A program made the position numbers and the translations under genes. Below are positions 1 through 14,407 of a stretch of 64,000 nucleotides of DNA, piece after piece (within the stretch, counting starts at the first letter, position 1; every line of letters starts with the position of its first letter). Under the pieces are notes generated by a model, which was given only the letters and a program-made list of their open reading frames with translations, searched no databases and had not been told where the DNA came from. Source of the stretch: Camelus ferus (taxonomy: Eukaryota); NCBI RefSeq assembly GCF_009834535.1, contig NC_045697.1, positions 33,668,001 to 33,732,000 of the forward strand, in the 5' to 3' direction.

Positions 1-1160
1 TGGATATTAAAATAATATAAGGAACTCATGCAACTTAATAGCCAAATAAAAGCAATTTAATAAATGGGCAAAGGACCTGAATAGACATTTTTCCAAAGAA
101 GACATACAAATGGCCAACAGGTATGTGAAAAGGTGCTCAGAATCACTAATCATTAGAGAAAAGCAAATCAAAACCACAATGAGCTATCACTTCAAACCTG
201 TTAGGATGGCTACTATTAGAATCAAAAGATAAGTGTGGCAAGGATGTAGAGAAAAGGGAACTCTTGTACACTGTCAGTGGGAATGTAATTTTGTATAGTC
301 GTATGGAAAACAGTATTAAGGTTCCTCAAAAAATTAAAAATAGAACTACCCTATGAGCTAGCAATTCCATTTCTGGGTATAAATCCAAAGGAGATAAAAT
401 CAATTATCTCAAGAGATATCTGCACTGTCATGTTCACTGCAGCATCATTCACAATAGCCAAGACATGAAAATGACATGTCTGTCAATAGGTGAATGGATA
501 ATAAAAATCATATATTTAAACCAAATTTTCTTTATCTTATTCATATATCTATATATCTTATACATATAATATATAAATATATTGTATAATACATATTTAT
601 ATAAATACATGTTAGTTATATATATAATATATAAATATAAAAATATACATACACAATGGGATATTATTCAGCCATAAAAAGTAGGAAATCCTGCCATTTG
701 TGACAACATAGATGAACCCTGAGGAAATTATGCTAAGTGAAATAAGTCAGATACAGAACAAGGAATACTGCATGATCTCACTTATATGCAGAATCTAAAT
801 AAGTCAAATCCATAGAAACAGGGACTAGGAGTGATTAGCAGGGCCTGGGGGTTGGGGGAAATGGGGAGATGTTGGCCAAAAGGTACAGACTTTCAGTTTT
901 AAGATGAATAAGTTCAGAATGGTGACTATAGTCAATAATAATATATTGTATACACAAAATTTGCTAAGAGAGTAGATCTTAAGTCTTCTCACCACACATA
1001 CACACACACACAAAAATTAACTATGAAGTGACGGATATGTTAATTAGCTTGACTGTGGTAATCACTTCCTAACACATACATATATCAAATCACTGCATTG
1101 TACACTTTAAATAAACACAATTTTTATTTGTCAATCATATTTCAATAAAGCTGGAAAAAA
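1..1160 (+). mobile_element. LINE-1 3' end (ORF2 C-terminal region plus 3'UTR), L1MA-like, with an internal TA-rich tract
   Basis: Typical L1 motifs: gacctgaatagacatttttccaaagaagacatacaaatggccaacagg, ctagcaattccatttctgggtat, terminal aataaagctggaaaaaa. Confidence 0.9.
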
Positions 1161-1199
1161 TTTAAAAGATAAGCCACAAAGTAAAGAAGTGTTTAAATA

Positions 1200-2010
1200 A
1201 AGGGAAATACACTAAGAATTCAAAAGCCAGCTTAAGTGGGCTACTGCTTGACAAACTGGGAACAATTTGAGTACAAAAATATAATAGAAAGTCTCTAGTT
1301 TATATACATAAAAATTAACAAAATTAACAGATTCACGAGGAACAGGATATTTATACAATTCCAAAGTTACTTCCCTCAAAATATTTACAAATTACAACAG
1401 GGAAAAGAGATACTTTACAGTGAAGGAATCTAGCAGACACCATGTTAATCTAGCAATCACAGTGAATATCCTGAGTAATGGGGCAAATTGAAATCACGCA
1501 CCACCTAATAGGATGTAATGAAAAGAAGAAAGCATTCTTTCTGTGGTTTCCTGACAAAGATGCCCAATATGAGTGTAATCATGAGGAAACATCAGACAAA
1601 CGCATATTGAGTGAACATTCTGCAAAATAACTAGCCTGCAGTCTTCAAAAATGTTGTCATGAAAGTCAAAGAAAAAAATCATGGAAATGTTCCAGGCTGA
1701 AGGAGTCAAAAGAGATACAACTAAATACAATATGAGATTTTTAGCTGGAACCTTCTGCTGGATGCATTTAGGGTAATGCACAAAACTTGAATGGAATCTG
1801 GGCCTTTCTGAAGTATCAGAGTTGATTTCTTGATTTTGTAGATGGTATTGTGATTATGTGGGAGAATGTTCTTTTTTGTAGGGTTTAAACACTAAAGTAG
1901 TTGGGAATGATAGAGAATCAAATTAGTAACTTACAAACGGTTCAGGGGGAAGAAAACACTCTTTGTATTGTGCTTCCAATTTTTCTGTAATTTTGAAAGG
2001 CTATAAGAAA
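1200..2010 (+). mobile_element. Old LINE-1 3'UTR fragment (L1MC/L1MD-like)
   Basis: Motifs atcatgaggaaacatcagacaaac and gaaatgttccaggctgaaggagtcaaaagaga resemble L1MC 3'UTRs. Confidence 0.7.
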
Positions 2011-3781
2011 ATTATTAACAATAGGTACTTTTAAAATTATTAAAATATGTTCATGTAAACCCACATATAAAATAAACTAGAGCAGGGAAAGTTGATACAA
2101 ATACCAAAAAGGAGTGTGTAGTTTCATCTGTCCTGAAAACATAGCTGACATTTTGTTTGTACTCTGAAAAGTCACTATACTAATTAGTGCTAAATACAAC
2201 TGATATTAGTAAAAATTTGGTTGCCCCAAATCTATTTCTTAAAAATCATCTCAGAAAGGCAGTTAGTATAGCCTGGTAATAACTGGCTGAATTTCAAATA
2301 TGGTGGAACAATTTTGTCTTTGACAACCAGGAAAGTCATAAAATAATTTTTAAATAAATGAAATACCATAAAAATACACATTCTTGATCTAACAAGAAAT
2401 ATTGGAAAAAAATAGTGAAGTTCAAAAATTTGAGCCAGCAACCAGATATATCTCTTAACAGAGATTCCACTCCTACTGCACAGAAAGAAAGTTTCTCTCC
2501 TCTCCTTCCAGTATCATGGGCATTATTGATCAAGAGATGTTCTGAAGAAGTGGCTGGTGCAATTGATTGAAAGCTTTGCAAAATACATATATATATATAT
2601 ATATATCTGAAAGTCCTAGAATTTTAGATTCATGTATCCCAAGATAACAAAAATATCTTTGACAAGCAAAGTTCTCTTCTTTCTAAACTCTTTGTATGTT
2701 ATAAATAACACCTATGTGAGAACAGATATCTTACCCCAAATCATTCTTAAAAAAAAAAAAAATGGATTCCTAGCTTACTTGGTTTTTATTCACCACTACT
2801 CCTGCCACAACTCATAGACAAAAGAGACTTAGGGATAACAAAGATTGATTTCTTTCCTCAACTCAACCTGTATGTGGTCTAGATGACACTATAAATTCTG
2901 CCAATGGATAAATAAATCTCATAAATTACTCTGAACCATGAACCATTCTAATGGGTCCAATTGAACCTAGGTTGTAATTCAACTTTTAGTTTAGTAAACT
3001 TTTACATTAACATCTCATGAGGAGTCCTGACAAAGATAGACGGCCTGGGGCTTCTACTTCCTTTGCTTTTACAGCACAGCTTGAGCAGGACATCCGGTAA
3101 GCTGAAGTTTTTTCAGTATAACATGCAAATTTGCAAAGGCCCAGAGGATATTAGGTAAAGCCTAAAAGAAAGCAATCCTTTGAATGCCTTTTGATGCAGA
3201 GGCCTGCAGAGAAGAGCAGGAATCAAATAGTAGACCCTGTCCATTTCCTTGAACAGTCACATAGCCCTGGTTCTTAACCCTTTTTCTGTCTGCAACCATT
3301 ATTATTGTATACCTGTACTATTCCTTACTACCTGTGATAAATTTTGCAATGGATAAGAGACATTTTAAAAATATCCTTCATTTGGGCATTTGGGTAGCTT
3401 ATACTGAAAGTTATAATTTTATAAAAAATAATGTCAGTTTCGTCTTAATTTTTGATAGGCAATGGAAATAAAATCTCTACATTAGAATTTTGGTAAAAAA
3501 AAAAAAAAAGAACACCAAGGTGCATTATATTTTCATACTCTCAGTTGAATCCTAGGTAAGGCTAGGACTAATTATCCTGAGTATAATTAAATTGATATCA
3601 CATCTGGATTAAAATTTTTAATTCTAGAAGAAAATCACTCTGATTAGGTCCTTTCAGAATCCCTTACCTTTACACATTTTTACACTGAACTTTTCTCTAA
3701 AACTAATTCTTATCTACCAATTTATAAAATATTAAACATTTACTTGCATCGCCTGAATCAGTTTAAAATTCTTGCAGGGTC

Positions 3782-4114
3782 TATATTAGCCCATTTGGGT
3801 TGCTACAACAGAACACTATAAACTAGGTGGTTTATAAATAATAAACATTTGTTTTTCACAGTTCTGAAGGCTGGAAGTCCAAGACCAGGGTGCCAGTGTA
3901 GTTTGGAAAGGGTTCTCTTCCTGGTCACATATGGTGGAAGGACCTAGGGAGCTCTGTGGAGTCTCTTTAATAAAAGCACTAATCTCATTCATGAAGGCTC
4001 CACCATCATGACCTTAGCACCCCACTAAGGGGGACCACCTCACAATACCTTAACATCAGGCACTAGGATTTCAACATATGAATGTGGAGGGGACACAAAC
4101 ATTCAGACCATAGC
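3782..4114 (-). mobile_element. MaLR solo LTR (MLT1-type)
   Basis: cacagttctgaaggctggaagtccaaga ... tttcaacatatgaatgtggaggggacacaaacattcagaccatagc is a reverse-complement MLT1 LTR signature. Confidence 0.85.
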
Positions 4115-4363
4115 CAGGTCTCAAAATTTAAATCTGCTTTCAGAATAAAATTTCCAGTATTATCTTCTTTCTTCTCCCTATATCATCCTGGGACAGGATT
4201 ATCATAACTAGTATGGAGAGTTTTCTAACCCCTGTCCTTCATAAGTATAAAAAGACAATTTCAATGTTATGCAGAAGAAATCAGAAGAGCTGGGTTTGAG
4301 TCTTCATTTTTCATAACATACTACTGGATAAATTATATAATATCTTGTCCCCAAATATTTCTA

Positions 4364-4480
4364 GGTATTATTATTCCCATTTTAGAAACTGAGAAACCAG
4401 AAGCTCCAAAAGGTTCAATGACTCGTGCAGGGTCAGACAGCTAGCAAAAGGAGTCATGATTCAAAACCATATCTGCCTGT
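4364..4480 (-). mobile_element. MIR SINE fragment
   Basis: tattattcccattttagaaactgagaaacc resembles the reverse-complement MIR core. Confidence 0.6.
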
Positions 4481-7400
4481 CTTAAATATCTGTGTGTGGG
4501 TTTTTAAAAAAATTTCTGTTCTATAGTGACATCCTTAATTATTCTACTTAATAGAAGGTTCTAATCCAAGTTATTTCCATTTTTGAAGTAATAGAATACA
4601 TTCTGTTCAGCTATGCCTCCATGTTTGATATCAGATATTAGGATAAATATAAAGATGAATAAGATACGACTCTTTTCTTCAACAAATTTACAATCTAGAA
4701 TAAAAACACCAAAATTGTCCTTTATGGTATAGGAAAGACATTGTCTTTTTTTTTTTAACTTATCTTTGACATTTAAAACTTCCACTGGAGGTGGAACTTG
4801 TAATATACAAGAAGGCAATGAATTGTTAGAGAAATTTGGTTTCGGGTCATATGTTTTCATCATTGGCTCAGTCACATAGAAAAAGCACTCAAAGGTTACC
4901 TAAATGAGGCTTTTCCTAAATTGGGTTTCCAGGTCAAGAGATTTCTTTCTCATGTTGGAATAAATGTATTGAATCAACTACTGGAATTTTCTCCATGCAG
5001 ACAATGTCTCAATGTCTGTAATCACATGGTAAGATAAGATTTTCAAAGAATAGGAGTGAAAAGTAAAAATTTAGGGACAAAGAAAGACTTATAACCTAGA
5101 ATGAGAATCTGCACTTGTCCCAGTGGCCACAGAAAAATTTCCAAAGACACCTGACTTCAGGTGAGCCTCGGGGTGGGAACTAGTATAAGTTGCAGGGACT
5201 GGCTTAAAAATGACTCATGTGCCAGATTCCTTGTTGGAAAATGCATTACAAAAAGACATTTACTCCAGAACAATGTGAAGAAAACAACTATGAAGACTAT
5301 AAACAGATTTATTCTCACACAAACATAATTATTAGTCCTTGGTATCAGTATATATTAATCATAATTATTCACTAATTTGTATATTGTGATAAATATAAGC
5401 ACAGAAATGCAATTTATTTTAAAAGAATCCAATGCAGATAGTAAATTTAGTTATTGCAAAGGAGCCCAGATTTACAAATTAAAAAGTCAAGATATAAACT
5501 AAAACAAAAATGAAATAAAAGGAAAGAAAAAATAACTAAAGATGAAATTATTTCTCAAACAGGAATAGGCAGCATACCAGAATCTATTTTCAGCCTTTCA
5601 GAAAATAAATTGGTGAAACCAAAAGTTCAATATGAGGAAATGGCTTTTCACAGATTTAAGGAACACCTGATTAAAAGAAAAAGAAAACCCCTCTGTGTAC
5701 ATGAAGGAGTCCACCTACTGGACAGACCTGTTAATTGGTGTGGAAAAAAAATTACAAGCAGGTGTTTTATACTCTAGGCAGAAATCTTCTCAGCAACATG
5801 AAAATGTAATTGGCTTTTTAAAAAAAACAATTAGCATTACAACTCTAACAAGAGGCATGAGTCATTAAGTGTACCTCAGTTTAGGACGATTTAATACAAA
5901 TCAAACCGAAAGGGAAGGAGGGAGGATGGGAGAGACAGAGGGAGGGAAGGAGTGAATCTCACCTCTTCTTTCTAGAATCTTTGTTTCATTTTATTCATGT
6001 TTTGCTGAGAAGCACTGGGTAGATTTTCATGGGAATTTCCAAAGAAAGATAATATGTCCTCCTAGCCCAAGGGTATTAGCAAAAACAAAAAAGAAAAAAA
6101 AAAAAAAGAAAGAAAAAGAAAAGCAAAGAAAGAATTTAAGAAACAACATTTCATTCTGGCCTCAGCCAGTTTGACATCTGTGAGAAGAGGCTGCCTTACG
6201 TCCTTCATCTATATACTGCCTACTACCTAGGGTTCAGAGGTTTCATCTAAGATCATGTATGCAGACCTACTTTACAAGGTTAAGTATCTCAGACAGATAT
6301 AAGACAATCAAGTCTTGTTTGACAATTCATATCAAGCAGGCGAGCAGTCTTACTACCTAACTCTTCCCTAATCTCCTCATACGAGCAGATTTAGCCTCTG
6401 CACCCTCAAGGCTACTTGGAGAATTAAAACAAAAGCAGGACTTGGCCTGGTCCAGGGATTCCTTTGCCACCTCCTGGACATGCCTCACTCCTACCTGGAA
6501 CTATTAATCAGGCCAGAACCAGTAGGCTGCCAACCCCTGCTAAAGGCATCGATGTTCCAAAACGGAAGGCCTGCTTGCTGTACTGACACCACTTTTAATG
6601 ACTTTTGAGTCGTGTGGAGAACAGCATTTCACAGTGACGATCAGAACTTCCCTGATAAGCAGTAACTCACATGCTGGGTACTGTGTATTTGGAGCACAAT
6701 GGGAGCAGCAAAGTGGTGTCCCTTAGAAGGGGTCACAATGACTCATCGCTTTCCTTTGAGGCAAAGACTTTGGTATCACAGAGGGGTGCCTTCAGGTATT
6801 AGACATTGCGTTTCACCAAGACTTCAATGAATTCTTTAAGGATTATAGGAAATGAGCAGCAATTAAAACCTGGTCTATTTCCAGTTTGTTAATGCCAATT
6901 TATGAATTTAAGTGTTTTTAAAAATTATAGATTTGATTCAAGCCACAAAAGTAATACATAACAAGTCAAATAACAGTGATGGACAGGTTACCAAATTTCT
7001 AAAGATGACAGATTACTACACCTTTTCTTGAATGATTATACTAGCAATGATGAGTCTTCCTATTCGCCTCTTGACTATACTTCCTCCAATTCCCAATTCT
7101 ATCCCTTCTCTTAATCTCCATCCTAGCTACCACTACCACCACAAAGCAAGCACCAAAAGATATTTAAGTCAAGCAGACAGCTACTGCTCTGCACTTTCTA
7201 GTGTTCCTATAATGATCATGTATTAATTAATTAAACAAACCCAAGGAGAAAGAGCTATTTGGTAGAACTAGTTAAGCCACCCTGTTAAGTCTCCACACTT
7301 TCATCATCCACTATGCTATTATCTGCATTCTCTCTGGCTCAGACTCTCTTCTTTGTTAGGTCTGGCCTTGGATCTAGACGTCTGGTCCTATTAGACCTGC

Positions 7401-8440
7401 CGCCACCTGCTCCCTGGATTTTGTTCTGTCACAAATGGTCTTAGTATTCAACTCTTCCCTGGATCCACCAGGCCTGCCACCACAGTACTCACTACTTGAC
7501 TCCTTCAGGTCAGGGACCCTCTCACATACTTCACTCTCTTGTTTTCACTGACTGAATTCTGTTTTACAGTATTACTGTGATGTGTCTTAGCAGCCTACCA
7601 TGGGCATTACCTCTGAGGCAGAGAGACTAGACAGATAGGACAAAATGTCTAACGTACATTCAGCACAGGATGATGGCAACATGGAGAGTGAAGTCTAACT
7701 TCATGTGAAAGGAATGCCTTCTGAGGAATAGTTCACAATGAGGACAGAAAGTCAAACTCACATTTTTATTAAGATTATTAGGACAGGAACAAAGGGCTAT
7801 GAAGAAAAAATAGTGCTCAAAAGTATTGGCTTACCCCAACTGTGTAAATCTGCACATGCACACACATGTATTAAAATAAAACTAATAAAAAAATGCATCA
7901 AAATTAGCAACGGTTGTTTCTGAGGAGCGGAATTTTGAATAATTACTTTTCTGCTTTTTTCTACAATTCTTTTTCCAATGTTTCCTCATTATTCTAGTCT
8001 ATGTTAAGGGAAAAAATGATTTATACAAAGGAGTAAGTGCCAGCAGCTTGAATGCTATGAAATTCACCTAAGCTCTGACACCTCTAACCAGCACGGCCAG
8101 CTGAGCCCTGCTCCAGAAATTTAGATCCAGCTGAAGGTGGTGGGACAGCAGACTTAAGCCCCTACTAAGTAGAATCTGGAATGAGTCCTGACGCTTTACG
8201 TTACTTGGCTGTGTCTGAGCAGAAATGTAGCCTAAGTCTAGGCCTTCCTTAGTAAATGCTGTGTTTCCATAATCACAAGCATTTGGCTTCTGTTCCAGAA
8301 CAGATTAGCTACTAAAGCCAGGTCTGGCAGCTGCCTGGGAACTATAATGGATTTGACTATTGATATCCTCCCTTTAGCTGTCCCAGCAGAAAGGATGCTG
8401 CTCTAAAGCAAATGGTGCCCCTACAACATTAATGATGCCA

Positions 8441-9553
8441 CATTCATTCACTGCCTAAATATTTACTCAATGTCTACACTATGCCAGGGCATTGACTCTG
8501 GGCTTGTCAAAGAAGACAAATCAGACCACGTCTCCTTCCATGTAGATCTTACATTCTACTGGGAGATGTAGGCAATAAAGAAAGATGTAAAGAAAAAATA
8601 AAGCAGGGAAATGCTTTGAGCAGGACAGGCTGTGAAATTTTCTCTGACAAGCTGAAAAAGACTCAAATGAATAAAAGAGCAAACCACATGGACATTGGAT
8701 GAAGATCATTCTGGAAAGAGGGAACAGCAAGCACAAAGACTCTGAGGTAAAGTCCTTCCAGCACGGAGTAACGGAGCAGATGGAGAACAGCACGTAAGGA
8801 TAGAAACTAGTAAGTCTGGAGGCAGATAATGTAAGGCCTTTGGGCCAGAATAAGGATTTTTTATTTAATAGAGTGTGATAGGAATGCATGTGAGGGTGTT
8901 ACGCAGAGGGTAATAGCGTATTTACATTTTAAATGGATCATTCTGTCTATGCATGAAGTACAGCTAAGTGGAGACAAAAGGAGACACAAGGGGTGGAAGG
9001 GTAAAGTATGCGTCCAGGCTACAGATGATGGTGGCCTGAATGAAGGAGGTAATGATAGAGATGGAGAGGTGGTCAAATTTAAAATAAATTTCAAAGGGGT
9101 AGAACCAACAGTTTTGCTGCTGTGGGATATGAAATGAAGAGTGATGTCAAGGGTGATAACAAAATGTTTGACCTGAGCAACTAGATGTTATCATTTACTT
9201 GAAGGGAAACACCATGGGAGAGATGGACTCGGTAGGAAAAAAAAATCAAGGATTCAAGTTTGGATATGTTAGGTTTAAGCAGACAGTTGGATATGGGTCT
9301 GAAGTTCAGGGGAAGGATTTAGGCCAGAGATAGAACCTGAGGAGCCTTCAGTGTCAGGGTGGTAATTAAAAGATCACCTAGAGAGGGAATGTTTCTAAAG
9401 AAGAGAAGAGGTCCAGGGACAGAGTCCTGGAACATCTCAATATTTAAAGTTAGAAGAGGAAGAGGAGCCAACAGAGAGGGTTGAAAGGGAGCAGCAATGA
9501 GACAAGGAGGAAATCAGGAGAAAGATGCCCCCAGAGCCAACTGAACAAAGTGT
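8441..9553 (-). mobile_element. LINE-2 3' fragment
   Basis: Starts with the L2 tail signature cattcattcactgcctaaatatttactcaatgtctacactatgccagg, followed by purine-rich L2-like body. Confidence 0.75.
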
Positions 9554-9571
9554 CTAGGGGGATGTACTTTG

Positions 9572-9703
9572 CTTTTTTTGTTAATTTTTTTTGTGGGGGA
9601 GGTTATTATGATTATTTATTTATTTTAATGGAAGTACTAGGGATCGATCCAGGATCTTGTACATGCTAAGCACACGCACTACCATTAAGCTATACCCTCC
9701 CAC
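9572..9703 (-). mobile_element. tRNA-derived SINE, Vic-1-like (camelid)
   Basis: Reverse complement GGGAGGGTATAGCTTAATGGTAGTGCGTGTGCTTAGCATGTACAAGATCCTGGATCGATCCCTAGTACTTCC plus A-rich tail shows A/B-box-like motifs. Flanked by an 18-bp TSD with 15/18 identity (9554-9571, 9704-9721). Confidence 0.85.
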
Positions 9704-12700
9704 CTAGGAGAATGCACTTTGAATGGCACAACTATGTAAACTTTCCTTATCTCTGATCTCAGAGCCCTGAAGAAAAGACATTAGCTTATATCAAATTTGT
9801 TCTCCCCATACCTTTGAAATCTAGTAGACTAGTGAATACTGTGCTTTCCCATTACTGACTAGTTTGTTTAGCCCTGAGCACACTCTTGCTTCTTCCTCTT
9901 CTCCTCCAGCCTGAATTACTAGGGAAGGACACTGGATTCAGCACAAGCTGAAGAGACCACAGATTTTTCAGAATAACACATCCTGAAAGCCAAGCTTGAT
10001 TGTGAGCATTGTAAAATCAAATTAAATTGCAGGCATGTTATTCTGATGCAGTGAAGAGAAAACGAATCTCAGACGCAAGTAGGTTTCTTTTGTTCCAGCT
10101 CTGTGCCAACAGACCTCTTATGTATTCGTTTATTTCCTTACTCTTTCACCCTATTCAGTTAAATTTATTTTTAGCTATTGCTGGGCATCCTTCAGGAGAG
10201 GCAAATACTAAGGACTATAATCGAGTATAACCCAAAGGTTCCAAAGAACAGCCTACTTAATGCATCAGTGTCAAAGGAAAGAACACCTTTCCTCCCAGCA
10301 GGGTCAAGGACTCCCTCTTGCTAACTCCAGTAGCCTGTGAGTCTCTCTGACTTTGATATTAACTACAGGGACTACTGATATTGCTGTTATAGATTACAAT
10401 ATAGCCTAAAGAAAAGAAAAGCAGTATCACACATGCTATTGAACTTCACCAGTATTTTTCGTAATATTAGTGGGGTAAGTCTATCAGGAATGTCACATGA
10501 GTTAATATAGGTAAACAGTATAAGTGGGAATCTTTTAAATCACTGTCATGTATCATCATTTCTATTATCCTTGATGGAACTTAGGATGAATCTTACAAGA
10601 GGTGTTTATTGGCTTGGCCGTGATACAGGAACTAAGGCCCACAAGGACAGGCATTCCTTGCATAGGAATTACTTTGGGGACTTGCCATCCATTTATATGG
10701 AAGGCAGAGCTTAGTGCACTTGAAGAGGTGATTTACTCAATAGTGCCTGACTCATCCCAAACTTTGCCCTTCTTCCCCATATCAATTATCATTATTAGAA
10801 AAAAAAAATGACTCCTTAGAAGGAGAGAAATCAAAGAACCAGAATAGGTCATTGTATTCCCAGACCACAAGTTATTTTGGTACGGTTTTCTTATTGTTGT
10901 TGTGGAAAAATTTTTATGGATGAATATGGTTGGTGAATGCCTAGTTAAATTTATTTTTCTGAATTTTTTTGTATTTGCCATTTTTAATGTGTAATTATAA
11001 ATATTCACTTTCCTACATAAATGTATAGAGTTTTGTATTTTTCAAAAAAAGAGCTCCCCAAATTGCATAAGCTCCAATCTGCACCAAAACCTTATCTCCT
11101 TGAGGTAAAAGTATTCGTTAAAATCACATAGCTGGAAAACAATGCAAAGTGCATTTAAAGCTAGGGCTGCTTGGTCTCAAAGAACCACCTACATCATTCA
11201 AACATCAGTGTGAATGAATTTCATCTCCTCTTGAGAACAAATAATTTTGGAGGGGAAAGAAAATCAATGAGGCTTCTAGAGAAGGAGATAATACTAGGAA
11301 CATAAAGAGGAGTCTAGAGGCAGCTCAAGTTAAACTACTCCTATTTCAAAATTTTGCCTAGACTTGTGCCATTGGCCTCCTGTTATAGGGCTGGCTAATA
11401 AGAATTATTTATTGAATGTGTATGAGTATGAACTTTTATTTTGTCCTTACTCATGCATTTCTGTAAACTTGACTATGGTTTCACAATCGACATGCTCATG
11501 AGATTGTCTTAAGGGGAAAAAGAAAAATCTGCAGTACACCTTTTGTTTATGGAAATCTCTATCTCAGAGGTACCAACCTACTTTTATTTTTGGATGTCTT
11601 TTATCACTGTGGTGGTTGGGCTATTGGTAAACGTACCCAGTGGCAATTTCATGACTTGCATACCCAATAAATGCAATAAATAATTAAAGCTAGTGTTAAG
11701 CAGGCTAATAAATCTACAGGATTGTTTCCTAAAATAATTACACTAGTAATATAAAAAAGTTACAGTAGGCAGATAGGCAAGGCAATCATACTTGAGATTT
11801 GATCATTCTTCTGAGATTCACAGCAGCTCTGCTATTACAGATAGTGGGAAAACCTCCCTTGAGGGACTGTTTTCCTGGTTCATTTTGTATCATGCTAGCA
11901 CTGACAAAAAAAAAAAAAAAAAAAACTAAAAGCACAAGGTTCTATAATGGGAGTAATCCGCAACATACCTAATACATAGTTTTGGGCAACTGAATATTGT
12001 ATTTTTTGCCAATAGCAAGCAACAGGCGCCTTTTGCTTTTATTAATGCAGTTCAGCTGACATGAGCGGACAGAATTGAAAAAGAAGGAGAATGTGCTTTA
12101 TTATCTGTTGCCGAATTTCAATTTTCTCTTTCAAGTACAGTTGAATGCATTTTCTTTGCAACCCAAAGACAGAAGATCTTGATTACTGCTGCAAGAATAA
12201 TCTCAGCATTTGTGTGAAGAAGATAGGGAAAATAAATAGTCTCTCTGGATGATGTGTCAGCTTGTGAACCTACAAAACAAGATATATTCTTGGAGGTAGG
12301 GAAATTAAATTAAGGTGAAATGGTAGACCCATTAAAATGACAATTGAGGGCTTATTTTGTGGGCCATGGCTGGCTTCCCAATTGTCCTTTGTCCTTAGCC
12401 TCACCTCAGGGGCGCAGACAACAGAACCAGAAACAAACAGGGTCAAGACAGGGGCAACTGTCTGGAAATACAGGTCATTCAAGCTGTGCGCCCTGACATG
12501 AACTGCTAGCTTTTTCGTAAAATTAAGTTTCCAACTCCCTTCTCCCTGCCTCCCCCTACCACCATTCGTCTCAGGTCTTTAGACTGAAGAGGAGGTAATA
12601 TCTCCTCAGATTTCTTCTCATTTTTATCCATGTAAAAAAGATTAATTTAACACCACCTTGGTTGGGATTCTTTCTCTCTATATCAGGAAAATGCTGAGCA

Positions 12701-12798
12701 GAAAAATACCACTTGGACTTCTGCTAAGAAACAAAGTAGTTATTTGCCCCCTAGAAGACACTAATTTAGAAAACAGCCCGTTATCATCCCCTCTCAAA

Positions 12799-13113
12799 TG
12801 ATGAGGTTCAGGTCAGTCTACCCCAAAATATGCCACTTTGGCATATTGATTATTTTGAATTTATTAAAGTTACTTAAAAAACAGCAAGTGCAAGAAAGAC
12901 ATTCTGACTCTCTGTCCCCCCTGAAAGCAGGAAATAAATCTCCCATAAGAAAGGTATGCTCCCTGAACTAGGAGATAGAGAGACGCCCTAATCACCAGAG
13001 ATAGGGAATTCAAAGCCAAGGAGGCTATATAAACAAAACTTGTTTCTACCTCACTAATTTCCTACCCCAGGCTCAGACTTCTTTTGTCTTGTCAATTCTT
13101 CACAAATTTGTTT
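12799..13113 (+). mobile_element. MER34/MER39-like LTR, 5' part (interrupted by the ERV)
   Basis: Starts TGATGAGGTTCAGG...ctaccccaaaatatgccactttggcata, the recalled MER34/39 5' signature. Confidence 0.75.
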
Positions 13114-13582
13114 TGTAAAGAAGAAAAAAAAATGTTGCCCGCCATTCCACTTCTACAAGGATCAAGCCATTAGACACTGCAGTTGCCACCAACAGTGCAC
13201 CCTGAGGGAAGTTCAGGGTGGAGAATAACAGGAAGCATTCTGTGCTTTGGATATGCTGGTTTCTAGATAGTTAAGATACACATTCAAGGAAAAATTTCAA
13301 TGACCCCATACTCTTCCATCTTTCCACGTATAGGAAAGCACTAAAATCATTAATTCAGGATGTCTGTTCTTTGTGATTAGCAATAATCTTTTTATGCTTG
13401 ACTACAGGTTTTTCCCAGAAAAAAAAAGTTCATATGTATCCTGGCTCCTCCCTTACCTCTTAGGAGCAGCCCCTCAAAGCTATCTAAGAAGCTATCTTCT
13501 GGGCTATAGTCCTTAACAAAGTCTTTGAATAAAATTTAACTCATAACTTTTATATTGTGTGTTTTTATTTCAGTCAACAGTT

Positions 13583-13601
13583 TGGGCGATTATGAAGGGA
13601 A
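13583..13601 (+). other. Primer-binding site, tRNA-Arg(TCG)-like
   Basis: TGGGCGATTATGAAGGGAA, 3 nt after the 5' LTR, resembles TGGCGACCACGAAGGGAC (complement of the tRNA-Arg-TCG 3' end), with mainly C>T changes. Confidence 0.65.
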
Positions 13602-13843
13602 CTAGAGCAGACTTCTCTCCTTTGCCTGACTTCTTTGAGGATCCAGAGCCTTGGTACCAGCAAGGGTCACTTGTGCAAGTCTACCTCCTCAGTGAGTCCA
13701 GATGATTGGGCAAATATCTCCTGTGTTAGATCTTCTACCATAGGCTGATGATCCCAAGTTTTACCTGGTTATGAATAAAAAGATACCTGACTCTTCAGTT
13801 GAGAGACACAGAAGATTTACCCAATTTAAAGATACTGAGGAGT

Positions 13844-14407
13844 CAATGTTCATAGCAGCACTATTTACAATAGCCAAGACATGGAAACAGCCTAAATGTC
13901 CATCAACAGATGACTGGATAAAGAAGATGTTGTATATTTATACAATGGAATACTATTCAGCCATAAAAACCAAAAACAATGCCATTTGCAGCAACATGGA
14001 TATTCCTGGAGAATGTCATTCTAAGTGAAGTAAGCCAGAATGAGAAAGAAAAATACCATATGAGATCGCTCATACGTGGAATCTAAAAAAAAAAAAAAAA
14101 ACATATATACTAAACAGAAACGGACTCATAGACATAGAATAAAAACTTGTGGTTGCCAAGGGGGCGAGAGGTAGGAAGGGACATTGATTGGGATTTCAAA
14201 ATGTAGAACAGATAAATAAGATTATACTGTACAGCACAGGGAAATATACACAAGATCTTATGGTAGTTCACAGAGAAAAGAATGTGACAATGAATGTATG
14301 TATGTTCGTGTATAACTGAAAAATTGTGCTCTACACTGGAATTTGACACAACATTGTAAAATGACTATAACTCAATAAAAAATGTTAAAAAATAATAAAA
14401 ATAAAAA
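13844..14407 (+). mobile_element. 5'-truncated young LINE-1 inserted in the ERV leader
   Basis: L1 ORF2 C-terminal peptide MFIAALFTIAKTWKQPKCPSTDDWIKK, 3'UTR and A-rich tail. Perfect 17-bp direct repeat TAAAGATACTGAGGAGT at 13827-13843 and 14408-14424. Confidence 0.95.

Noticed and set aside
5200..6750. Scattered AP-1 (TGACTCA/TGAGTCA) sites as an enhancer
   Set aside because: Only three 7-mers over 1.5 kb with no other support.
9572..9703. tRNA gene
   Set aside because: A-rich tail, TSD and degenerate stems show that it is a SINE.
10835..11100. Possible hAT-Tip100-type MITE fragment
   Set aside because: Only a short motif (ctccccaaattgcataagctcc) is suggestive; boundaries and family cannot be supported.
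13771..14028. 85-aa ORF
   Set aside because: Chance fusion of ERV leader sequence with the L1 ORF2 C-terminus.
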